64,000 nucleotides of DNA from Chrysomallon squamiferum (Eukaryota > Animalia > Mollusca). The position numbers and the translations under genes were made by a program. The stretch spans positions 22,010,001 through 22,074,000 of the forward strand of contig CM022667.1 in the NCBI GenBank assembly GCA_012295275.1, in the 5' to 3' direction. Positions within the stretch are counted from its first letter, which is position 1; the number at the start of each line of letters is the position of its first letter. Under the pieces are notes generated by a model, which saw only the letters and a program-made list of their open reading frames with translations, had not been told where the DNA came from and searched no databases. Shown here in pieces: positions 13,601 to 25,222 of this stretch.

Positions 13601-14982
13601 GGATTACAAATAAGTAATAATTTGTCTATCAGTATCAGCAGGCTGTTTTAAAGTAGGTCATGGCTGCATTTGACACTGACATTTTAGGGAACTCTTAACC
13701 TGTAAATTAATGTTAATCCTTTGGTATTTTAGCTTTTACTTCTGTCCCTTGATTGGTTAATGTTTTCCTTTTGAAAATAATGTAATAATAACAAAGAAAG
13801 AATGAAAAACTCAAAAAGAACAAATGAAAGAGCAAAATTTCTTTCAAAATCAAAGTCACAAAAGACTGTTCATAGAAGAATTTAACTAAATCTGTTTTGA
13901 AAATTCATAATAAACATACTCAGTTTAATTATTGTTTTGTTAAATCAAATGTGAGTAAAATAGGATAGAAGAATGAGCTAGGCATGTGTGCCTAAAGAAA
14001 TAATTCTCTAGATATAAATCATTTGCACTTAACTTCTATATCATTATTTTATGAAGATGATTAATTAGATAACACTCGGGTAATAATTAACAACTATTTT
14101 ATGGAGGAAATGTAAGAATTCTTTATTCATTAGAAACTTCCTCTTCAGAATATACCTGTCATTCATCAGTTTACACCAATCTGAGCTGTCCAGACTGGAG
14201 AAGCTGCTTCACCTGCAGAAAAGGCATCCAGCTGGGATATAATATGAAAAATGTATTGATTGACAATGCTTTCCTTACAGGTTGTTGATAATTATCATGT
14301 CTCCTGCCAAATAAATATAACATTTGAAAGTGATCTACTTTGATGGTCAGTGCATCACTCAGTTTAAACTATTTATACTGGTTCATTTTTTGTCAGTTTG
14401 TTTATATAAACTTGTTAAAATTCTTAATAACATTTATAAGTATGGCACCAGAAAAGATAAATAGTTTGTGGAAATGTTTACATGAATTAAACCATATATG
14501 TGTATGGACAGTATCATCCTGTTGTATGGAATGAGACATACTGATGAGGAGAAATTTATTTTGCTTGTTTTATCTAAGTTTTTATAATACAAAAAGATGA
14601 AATTATACATCTCAGTCATGGAATTTGAAATTGATTGAGCCTGTGAAAATTATTTTTAAAAATATTTTGTCTGAAAATTGCTAAGCATTGACATTGTTAA
14701 TTTTGACTGTTCATTAAACCATCAAAAATGTCTATGATTAAATAACTTTCTGAAGAAGAGTATGATCCATGTAGAATTCATAAGTTTTGAAGTGTCTTTA
14801 AGGGCTATAGATTCTACATAATAAATTACTAGTAAATTGATTGGTCAAGTGTATTTCTTAGTACTAATAGAAGGTTCAATCCTTGATAGTGACATCATGG
14901 ATAGACTTGTGTTTGTGCAGATTACAGGCCTGTTTTACAACAGGTGAGATATTACCTGTTTAGTTTCTTCATTCTAACTTAC

Positions 14983-15021
<39 letters not shown>

Positions 15022-16504
15022 GAGGATAAGCTCAATAACTCATTGGTTACCACATACGGATTATCAGTCCTCCTTTTGTATTGTTTGGGTTATTTAAATT
15101 TCTCAATAACTATCTCACATAAATTTTACGTTGTGTTCTTTCCTATATATGGAGATTTTATATATAGCTATATATATGAAAATATTTGCTGCTGATCAAA
15201 ATAAATTAATAATAATAGGTACTTTATTATATAGCATGTTCCTTCTCATTATCTATGATTAATAATCTCAAGTATGCATATACTGATAGAATAAAATACC
15301 CAATAGGACTTTAAAGTCTAAATTTGTAATCTGTAGATGTAAAAAGCTGTTGAGTACTAGGTCAAAGTTCACAAAAATAAAACCTACACCTATACTGTGA
15401 ATACATTTTTACCACTATGAATATGTGATATGCTAAATTTAGACTCAGTTTATATTTGTTGTATTTTAATAAGTGTGGATGTATGTGTGGATGTGTATGT
15501 GTGCAGGTATCAGTGTGATCTGGTATCTTCTGTATCAAAATTGCAAGTAATGAATTACATCACATAAGTATGGTAATTTGCATATTAATTTTTTTTTTTC
15601 TCTCTATATTTATTTCTAAGTACACAGCTTCAACACAGCAGTTATGAGATAATATTGTTTTGACAAACTATAATCACAGTTGTGAATTTTTGAATTCATG
15701 TAACACAGACTTTTTATATCTTGAAACAGAGATATATTTGTCCTTAATAGTTGCAGCCATTAAAACATTTATTATATATATATACTTGGCTGTTTGGCTA
15801 AAACATTTTGCAAAATATTTAGATGACATCATAATACAGATGTGTTTGCCAGGAAAGGGCAGTTTCAGGTTTTATCACATATAATTACAATTAGGGATGT
15901 TATTTATTTTTCTGAAATCTGGATGCTGATGTAAAACTGAACTTTTTATAGCTTTTACTTTCAAGGTCCAAAGCCACTGAATTAATATACATGTAATTTA
16001 TTATAGTAATAGTAGTTACTATAGTAACCAAAAATATACCTGTAAAAGATGTTATAAAACTGAACATTATATACAGGTTTATTTCTTTCTTTCTAAATAT
16101 GCATAATAGTAGAGGTTCCTTTTTAAATACTGATTCTTTACAGTTGACAAAAAAAAAGAAAAAAAAAAGAAATAATAATAACAATAATAGTTAAATAAAT
16201 AAATAAAATAAAATCCCACTACAACCAGACAAAAAAAAAACAAGCAACCCAACAACAACAAAATAGTAGTTTTTAATTTCTGTTGTTATATATAAGCTAA
16301 CTATGAACGATACATCTAGTTTATATTCTTCTTCAACCAACCAAATTGTCATTCATCTTTTTCCTTTTGTTTTTGTTACTGTAGTTTTAAGGTAACTTAT
16401 TTCATTTGAAAATACCCCTTCATCCTAAGATTAAGTTTGCCCTTTTTCTGAAATGTTTCTCTACCCAAAATACATAAAAGAAATTTGATTTGACACATAT
16501 GAAT

Positions 16505-16660
16505 ATTAAAAAATTGATAAAACAAATATGGATTTTAGAAGATTCTCATTTGGATGTCAAAATTTATTTGAATTATTCATTAAAAAATTGATAAAACAAA
16601 TATGGATTTTAGAAGATTCTCATTTGGATGTCAAAATTTATTTGAATTATTCATTAAAAA
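16505..16660 (+). repeat. Perfect 74-bp tandem duplication (2.1 copies)
   Basis: The unit ATTAAAAAATTGATAAAAC...GAATTATTC starts at 16505 and 16579, with an 8-bp partial at 16653. Confidence 0.95.
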
Positions 16661-18508
16661 CAACAAATAGAGAATAAAAGATGTTTGTTGTCTTTTATTT
16701 TTGTCAACATAATTTTTATTTAGTATTAAGAGGTATCTGGATAACAGCAGATTTTTTAACTAAATAAAAACTATGAATTAATGAATTTTTGTATCTGTAT
16801 ATGGATGTTTTGTTCATGTTTTTAAAACATGGCTTTGCATACACACAACAGTCACAATTTTAATGTGTGTTTACTTTTTAAATATGGGTATTGTTTTGAG
16901 TTTCATTTTTTGTTCATACAACATTTATTTATTCACTTACATAATTAGTATTGAATTTTTCATATCATAAAGAATGTGCATATACACACAAATTCACATA
17001 AACAAAAAAGCTGTAATATAAAGTAATGTGTGCAGACACTGTTATAGACAGTTTGGCTGTCTTGGTATTAGTTTCAGTGTGACTAACCACTGAGTGGGCC
17101 ACATAGTTGGGTGATGAGTAATGGCTATAGTAAAGAGAAGATAGTTGTATTCACTGGTCAGAGGAAGTTGTTAATATTACACGCCTTAGGTTGAGTGTGG
17201 GAAGACAGATCATATTTTATAGTTATCAAAAACTCATATCTGAATGAAAATGTATAATTAATTGACAAGTTCCTTGACTTTAAGTGAAACTATAAAAGGA
17301 GGATAAATTTAATTTTATCTAGAAAACCCAGAAATAAATCTTAAAAACATTAATAGCAAATATTTGAATCTATAAACTCTGTATGCCTGATACCTTTTCA
17401 CTTTATTTATTTTTATTGTGAATAAGTTTATTTGTTTTTTTTGTTTTTGTTTATTTGTTATTCTGTTTTAGCAGGATCTAAAGTTAGTGATTTTTTCCCC
17501 CTTTTTTTGGACTTGTATACAAACAGTTACAAAGACATACACACTCATATACACAATGTTTAGGTGTATACATAAAGTGATTTGTCAAAAACAAAAACAG
17601 TTTTGTCTTAATATAAAGAGTTTAATTAGCCAGGCTCAGTTTGTCCTTAGCTACGTTCTTGTGAGAAATGAGAAATTTTTGTCCAACTGACCACATGTGT
17701 TCTATTTAAAATGTGACTTCTAGATCAAACACTTGTCACCAAACTATTGATATGGTGGTTAGCAAATAGGTCAGTCATAATCAATATGGCCATATGCATC
17801 TGAAGATTTCAGTTTGTGAATGTTTTGTCACACATGAAGGATCTTTGGGTTCACCAGTTTTTGAAGTCAGTTATACATGGACCAGTGGAAGAAAATTCGG
17901 TTCATTGTAGCTTTTCTTCTCAGTGGTGGTATGTTTTTCAATTACTGAAATATAATTATAGAAGACTTAATATGTGATGTTTGCTAAAAGGCTTTGACAG
18001 ATATATCATTATAAATTTAGTTTAAAAATTATTTGTTTTTTTTCAAAAAAGATTTGCATCTATGACATATGATTAATTTGAATTTTGGTTTATTACATTA
18101 TTATTATTTCAGCTTTTGTGTGAGCAAATATTTTGTATGTATGCCAACAGTTTGTTGTTTTGTGTGTTTGCTAACCAGCCCAAGAAAAATTATGAATGCA
18201 ATCATTTTCAATTCATTCTTGTCATATAAAAATATTTTTAGTAAATAATTAGTTAATCCTCATGCTTGATTATTTTCATGGAATAAGTACTTTTAGGATT
18301 TGTAAAAAGCCCTATTTGTAAGCTCTGTAACGATCAATTTTGAAAATTACAAATCATTATAAAACTTACAATTATGGTTTCTAAGATATAATATAATGTT
18401 TTATTTAATTAACCAATAATGAAACAAAGAGAAAGAAAATGAAGTTTAAATCTTTATTTTTCATGATCAAAATATTTTATTTTCATGGTTTGTCTTGTTT
18501 ATTTTCAG

Positions 18509-18778
18509 ATGTTTCTTGCAAAAGCATTGTTTGACAATATTGCAGAAACTCCAGATGAGCTTGCATTCCGAAGAGGAGATGTTTTAACTGTCATTGAGCA
18601 GGATACTGCTGGTCTTGATGGTTGGTGGCTCTGTTCCCTTCGTGGAAAACAGGGCATTGCACCTGGAAACAGATTAAAAATTCTATCTGGCATGTTGGAT
18701 AGTTCTCTAGGAAAGGAAATCTATGACTTGCCTAAATCAGAAACTTTCAGATGTGCTTCAGATGTCACTCAAAACACG
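18509..18778 (+). CDS. BCAR1: p130Cas/BCAR1-family gene, SH3-domain exon
   Basis: Acceptor TTTTCAG then MFLAKALFDNIAETPDELAFRRGDVLTVIEQDTAGLDGWWLCSLRGKQGIAPGNRL, a typical Cas-family SH3 domain. Donor ACG|GTAGAT at 18779, phase 0. Confidence 0.95.
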
Positions 18779-20384
18779 GTAGATAAATAATTTTGTCCAT
18801 TAATTAAAAAAAATAAAAAGTAATAATTGTTATTTTACATTATAATATTTAAATTAAAAAGAACAGTTGTTTTAAATTGTGTTTTTTTTTAAATATTTTT
18901 TTATAGCTACATAATTTGTTTTCTACAAAGGCATTGTGTGGGTCAGAAACTGAGACAGATATTTTTGAAAGAGCCTGAACACATTTTCAAGTTGACCTGA
19001 GAATGCACCAGACAATCAAGTGATTGTGTGTGAGATAATGAAGACTTCAAACAAGTCAGTCTAAACATTACTGTCAACTGAAATGTTAACTGAAATTTGA
19101 CTTTAAATTTATGACTTGAGTCATTGTCCATGCACAATTTTTTTTTCATCTCCTTAGATTGATTCTACTGCTTTGATGTCTGCCTTTTAATTTTTAATTT
19201 TCCAAACAGCTGAAGTTAAAAAAAAGTTTTAAAAATAATAAAAATAAAATAAACACTCTAATGACATGACATTGTTTAAAACACATGCAGATCAGCTAGA
19301 TTTTCAGACAGTTGACCTGACCTCTAGACTGCTGCATTCTGTCATGAGTTATTGTCTGTCACAGGTAGACTGTTTCATAGGCAGGCCTTACAAATGAACA
19401 ATAATGTGCAGTAATTCACTTAATAATGTAACTGTTTATTATTGCAATATACATAACAAAGAGAGAGTAGCCACTAAAACAAAGCAAATGCTGTAATTGT
19501 TTGGGTGCAGACAGTGAAATGCTGTTTTCTTTGGAATGCAACATCTAGGCTGGTACTTGTGTTTTAAAGTCTATTGGTAATGTGTGATGGTAAAAGAATC
19601 AAAGCTAGCTTCCTTGACTCATTCAGGAAAGTCATAATTTTTTACACAGCAGTTTCTCCTCAATTTGCTATGTTTATTACTTTTCTTCAATGATACATTT
19701 CTAGCTCACAATACCTGAAATGCCCATGTTATTTGCCTACCTCCATATAATGTTTTCCTTTTTGCAATTCATAATTGTTGTTTTATTGTTGTTGTGGGAT
19801 GTTTTTTTTTGTTTTTTGTTTTTGTTTCTACAGATGTTCTTTTTGTGACAGATATATAAATGTTGCTAAATTCATTCTGCAAATGTTGTTATAGATTGAT
19901 TCAACAGATTTTAATAAGTAGACATAATGGTTTCCTTTGATGTTAGCAAATGATGCATGGAATATTTTGTGCATTAAGTTTAGACAATTATTATTTAATT
20001 CAAACACTGAAAATGCACATATTTGTTTTTTATTATTAACATTACAGATACAGATAAACCTGAAGATTTTTTTGTAGTGTCCAAGCTTTCTTTACCATAA
20101 TATTTTTCATTTTATTTTGATTTAGTATACTTTTTTGTTCCAACGTATTACTGGTATTTCAAGTAAAGTTGTACTGTTACTGGAAAAGTAAATATAAAGA
20201 AGCCCTTGCAAGCCTAGCAAGTAGAATTACCAAAAGAGTGAAGTGAAATTGCAGTGACAAAAAATCCATCAGCATTATCAAAAGATGTCATTAGACCAAA
20301 CAAATTAGAGTAAATCATATTTAACTAATTTTTTTATTTTTTATTTTTTTCTAATATTTCTGATTTATTCTATTTATACTGAAG

Positions 20385-22895
20385 GTTGTAAACCAGCAGG
20401 AGGCAGGGAAAGGAGACTTGTATGACTCACCTAACAGAAGAATGCAAGACTATGATGTGCCTCCAACAAGGTATATTCCAAAAGATAAAACTCTACCAAA
20501 GGCAGCTACTCCAAAACATGAAATATCTCCAAGAAGGGAGCTGCAGCGACCACGATCTGAAGATCTGCTGGAAAGTGATCACTCACATCACTTGAAAAGA
20601 ATATCAGGTGGAAGTCTTCAGGAAGAACATAGCCAATCATTTTATGACACTCCTCCATCTTCCAGACCTGTTGCTCAATTATCTGAATCTACCTATGATA
20701 TTCCAGCCATTGCCATTTGTAGTTCAACTGAATCATGTAATTCCAGTTGCTCCAGTATTACATCAGAAACTTCAAATGATTCCTCCATTACAGTGTCTAG
20801 CTGCACCTCTAATTTGAGTTTACCTCACTCATCCAATCCTTCCAGTATGTGTGATTCTGCTCGGTCAAGTCTGGATGTGTCATCACATGATCTGTATGAT
20901 ATTCCAAACAAAGATACAAGAAATTTAAAACAGTTGTCTGCTGATTCAGGTCTTGACCTGTATGATACACTTTCTAAATCAAAATTATCCAGTCAACCTT
21001 CAATAACAGAAGATTATGATATACCTAAGTTTAAATCAGTGGATCTTAGTATTCCAAAACTCAGTGAGAAAACTCAAGAAATGGTGCATAGTAAAAGTTT
21101 GGAACATGCATTAGATGATTTATATGATGTACCAAAAAACAATTCACCAAAAGTTTATCTGAATTTAACTGGAGGAGGTTCCACAGCAGAAACATCAAAC
21201 ACTGGTAATAATTCACTGAATGTGTATGATGTACCACCCCAGGTAACACGTGATTCTGTGATCTCATCTCGCTCAGACTCATCAGAAGAGAGTCAAAGGC
21301 TGTCAACCTGCAGTGTGGATTCAAGAAGTTCAGCATCAGATATACCAACTTATGATGAGCTTCTGTTAGAACTTGATGCAGCTCTTGAACTGTTGGTGAA
21401 GCTTCAACAAAATGTACAAAAATCTTCAAATAAACTTTTATCTTTTGTGAGCAGCATATGGCGGAAAAAAGAAAATTTGCAAACAAAATTATATGATGTG
21501 AAAGTTGCATGTACTGGAGTGAAATCATCTTTGAGTGACTTTGTTGGCTTTGCTCAAGGCACCCTGGCTAATTCTGTGAAACTTTCGGATAAAAAATTAG
21601 TAAATAAATTATACAAGCAGCTAAATCCACTTCAGAACAGTTTAAGGTTGATTTCTACATCTCTGAAAAACTTGGAAGAAATAAAATGGCAAGTAAATCT
21701 TCTTTCAGAGCCTTTAGATGCTAGCAAGCCTGATGATTTGGGACAGATAGTTTCACTAGCTAAAGATTTAATAGGTAATGTGAGAAAACTGGCTTCACTA
21801 ATCCAAGGAAATGCTACTTTGTTGTTTGTTCGGTCAAGTGACTTAAGTTCCAGTAAGAGCAGTGAACGCCGTTGTTCTTTTGATGATGCTTTCATGTCAT
21901 CAAAGCCACCCATTAAAAGAAAACCAGAGCTTAAACCAAAACAAGGAATTTTGGCTAAAAATGTTCAACAAAGGCCATTGCCTCCTCCACCCCCCACTGA
22001 CAGACCTCTCCCTCCTACTCCAGCAGAACAAAAGATGAAAAGTCTTTCTTTAAATTCACTGACAGGACACAGAGATTCTGGCAGTGAAGGTGTTTACCAG
22101 AATGCTGAAGAGATCTTGGTGCAGGAGTACGATTATGTTCAGCTGGAGTCTCGAGATGTAGTGGCTCACTTAAAACACAAACAAGAACTAGAGAATGAAG
22201 TTGACGTTTATGAGAAAAAGCTTGAAGAGGATCTTGCTAAAGTAGATTCTTTTGCTAAATCTGATGATTCTTCAGTGAAATCTGATGAAAGTCATGAAGA
22301 AACAGTAAATACTGATCAATTGTGTAAAGTCAACTTGATGGATCAAGAAGACAAAGTGGACAGCAGTGAGTTTGATGTGGATTCGTTGATAGAACAAGAG
22401 TTAAAAACACCTGTTAATATCAATCAAGAAAACAGTGAATTTATTCTTCCTGAAAAAAATATTTCAGATAATCTTTTAAATCAACAACTTGACCCCAGTG
22501 ATAAGCAGGTGTTGGTATTTTATTCTGGTCAGATGGAAACACATTCCACACTGCTGACCAATGCCATTGATGCTTTTCTTAACTGTGTTGAAGTAAATGA
22601 ACCTCCCAATGTTTTTGTCTCTCACAGTAAGTTTGTGATTATTTCTGCTCATAAACTAGTACACATTGGTGACACTTTACATCGTAATCTGATGAACTGT
22701 GTAGTGAGAAACAGAGTGATGACATGTGCTAATAAACTGTGTGACACACTAAAGTTATCTGTTACAGCCACTAAGACCGCTGCCCTCCAGTACCCATCAG
22801 TACCTGCTATTCAGGATATGGTGGACAGAGTGATGGATGTATCTCATGCAGCTCATGATCTGAAACTTGTTATATCACAAGTTGTCACTTCATAG
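20385..22895 (+). CDS. BCAR1: p130Cas/BCAR1-family gene, terminal exon (substrate domain, serine-rich helical bundle, Src-binding motifs, C-terminal FAT-like CCH domain)
   Basis: Open frame with repeated YDxP motifs, RPLPPPP, EYDYVQL and the Cas C-terminus FVSHSKFVIISAHKLVHIGDTL...AALQYPS. Acceptor AAG at 20382-20384 is in frame; alternative in-frame CAGs end at 20396 and 20399. Stop TAG ends at 22895. Confidence 0.95.
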   Translation, partial: VVNQQEAGKGDLYDSPNRRMQDYDVPPTRYIPKDKTLPKAATPKHEISPRRELQRPRSEDLLESDHSHHLKRISGGSLQEEHSQSFYDTPPSSRPVAQLSESTYDIPAIAICSSTESCNSSCSSITSETSNDSSITVSSCTSNLSLPHSSNPSSMCDSARSSLDVSSHDLYDIPNKDTRNLKQLSADSGLDLYDTLSKSKLSSQPSITEDYDIPKFKSVDLSIPKLSEKTQEMVHSKSLEHALDDLYDVPKNNSPKVYLNLTGGGSTAETSNTGNNSLNVYDVPPQVTRDSVISSRSDSSEESQRLSTCSVDSRSSASDIPTYDELLLELDAALELLVKLQQNVQKSSNKLLSFVSSIWRKKENLQTKLYDVKVACTGVKSSLSDFVGFAQGTLANSVKLSDKKLVNKLYKQLNPLQNSLRLISTSLKNLEEIKWQVNLLSEPLDASKPDDLGQIVSLAKDLIGNVRKLASLIQGNATLLFVRSSDLSSSKSSERRCSFDDAFMSSKPPIKRKPELKPKQGILAKNVQQRPLPPPPPTDRPLPPTPAEQKMKSLSLNSLTGHRDSGSEGVYQNAEEILVQEYDYVQLESRDVVAHLKHKQELENEVDVYEKKLEEDLAKVDSFAKSDDSSVKSDESHEETVNTDQLCKVNLMDQEDKVDSSEFDVDSLIEQELKTPVNINQENSEFILPEKNISDNLLNQQLDPSDKQVLVFYSGQMETHSTLLTNAIDAFLNCVEVNEPPNVFVSHSKFVIISAHKLVHIGDTLHRNLMNCVVRNRVMTCANKLCDTLKLSVTATKTAALQYPSVPAIQDMVDRVMDVSHAAHDLKLVISQVVTS

Positions 22896-25163
22896 AACTA
22901 TCATGTCTAAGTCACAATTGTTCCATGTCTTACTGGTTTTAAATACATGAAGACCTATTATAATAGTTGCAATCAGAAGTTCTTCATACAAATTACAAAT
23001 CCACCACTGCAGTCACTGACAGCTGTACCAGTTTGATTGTATGAGAATACCTTCCTCAATTTATTTTTAAATTACAGGTGCCTTAAATAGAAAAAGCTTT
23101 TAAAAAGAGAGATGAAGGGCTGAATAAACAAAATCAAATTAAGCTGTTCAAATAGAAAATTCCTGATATATGATTAAACCAAAAAATGTTAACTGATTTG
23201 GTAAAAAAAAATATAGTTGTTGATACATACTGATCATGATCAAACAGATTAAACAAATAAGAGCATAAAGATACACTGAATAAACAAAATTATATATATT
23301 ATAATTAAAAATTACATAGTATATATATTTCAGTTTTATTTTAATTATCACATAACCAAAACAAAAAAGTATTAAAAAGTTTTATAAGTTTTTTTAACTG
23401 TAAATGGGTATATTTAGTTATATATATATATATATATTTTTTTTAAAACAGTGTCATTATTTCACTTATCAGTTAACAAAATCTATTAAAATTGAATATA
23501 ACTTCTTCATTTTATTTTACCATATAAGTTGTTTAGAAACCTTCAGTGTATATTTGGTTGCTTGCTGTTGCCGTTAAATTATCAAGTTTGCTTTGAAAAC
23601 TGGACATTTTATTACTGTGCACAAATGGTAGTTGACAGTGGTCATAAAATCAAAATATTTTCTTAGTCTGAGTTTCTCTAGTTAGCTATTGCAGTTACAT
23701 ATTATATAATCTGTACATATATATGTAGTGTAAATATTTAAAGTTTCAGTTGGAAAAAGTACAAACAGAAGTAATACACTTATTACTAACAGCCTTATTA
23801 GAAATAATATTGGTTTTAGCTATATTGTGAATTCTACTAATTTATCAATATTTCTTTAATTGCTGCTGATAATTATCATTTAGAAAACTGCAGTTTATAT
23901 TAGATAGATAACATTTTAAAAAGCTGTAAATAGAGCTTCTACAAAAGTTGGTTTAAGTTTATGATTTATAGATATGTGTACAATTTAAACATAACTTACT
24001 CATTATAATCATATAAATTTATATGTTTGAAGGTAAATCATTAAGCAATGATTTTTCTTATTTTTTATTTTGTATAAATAAATCTTATGGGTTTACTGTT
24101 TTATATTCAAGCAGATAATTTTTTTCACTAAATTGATGAAATTGATAATTATCTGTTATCCAGAGTTGTGAATATTAAAATGATATATTTTTTTTAAACT
24201 TTAAAAAAATGTGTTTGTAATTAGAACATAACTAATAAACTGCTATGGATAAAGTAACTTCACTAAGTGCCAAAGTGAGATACATTTGGTTGTAACAATG
24301 TGATTAACAGAATGTACATAAATAATTATGCAAGCAACTGGTACCATTAAGAATGGGTTGCTGATGTTTTTATTACTAAGTTAATGAGATAACCAGGATC
24401 AGTATCTCACACTAACCTTAGCTCAGCTTGTGTCATAGATGAGGCTAAAAAAATAAACATTTCTACATATACAGTTCTTTTTTCTTTCTTATTTTTTTAA
24501 CCCAGTAATGCCAAACAAAAAAATATTTCTAAAAAACATTTTTGCTGTCATCATTTTTATTTTTTGTTAACATTGCATCAAAAAAAGGTAAATAAAATGA
24601 AGGTTTTTAAGTGGGTATTAATGGAGTATAATTATTACCTTTCATAAATATCTGACTTAACAAATGCCATTTTATACAGAAGTGTGTGTGTGTGTGTGTG
24701 TGGATATAAATAAATATAAAGACCCCTGACTTCTGTTCAGTAAATTAAAATGTTTGCTGATGTATCTTTTTAAAAATAGCATATTTTCCATCAAAATGTA
24801 TTTATGTACCATCTGATAAGTCCATCATAAATAACAGCATATGGTATGTTTAGGATAGAGCCAGAAGTTATGAAAGGTAAGAATAGCTGTTTTTAATATA
24901 AACTGATGTATCACTGACAACAGTAAGGTAATGTGATACTTCACACTAACTAAATTGTGAGACTACAATTAATTATAAATAGTTCTATTAACAGCACAAT
25001 ACTGTTGTTTGGTATAAGAATAAGAATGTTTTATATCTTCTAAATTAATTCAAAATATTATGTTGATAATTGTGAATATCATTTCTCGAGGAAAAGCATT
25101 TCTGACACATGAATAGAAACAGTAAATATAATCATTCAACATTGTCACTTCCATCACAAATAC

Positions 25164-25170
<7 letters not shown>

Positions 25171-25221
<51 letters not shown>
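25171..25221. repeat. (TTA)n microsatellite
   Basis: Direct reading; similar runs occur near 28523-28581, 41860-41900 and 52434-52466. Confidence 0.97.

Positions 25222-25222
<1 letters not shown>

Noticed and set aside
20608-21913. Alternative-frame and antisense ORFs of 69-155 aa within the Cas exon
   Set aside because: Shadows of the real coding frame, with no motifs or splice support.
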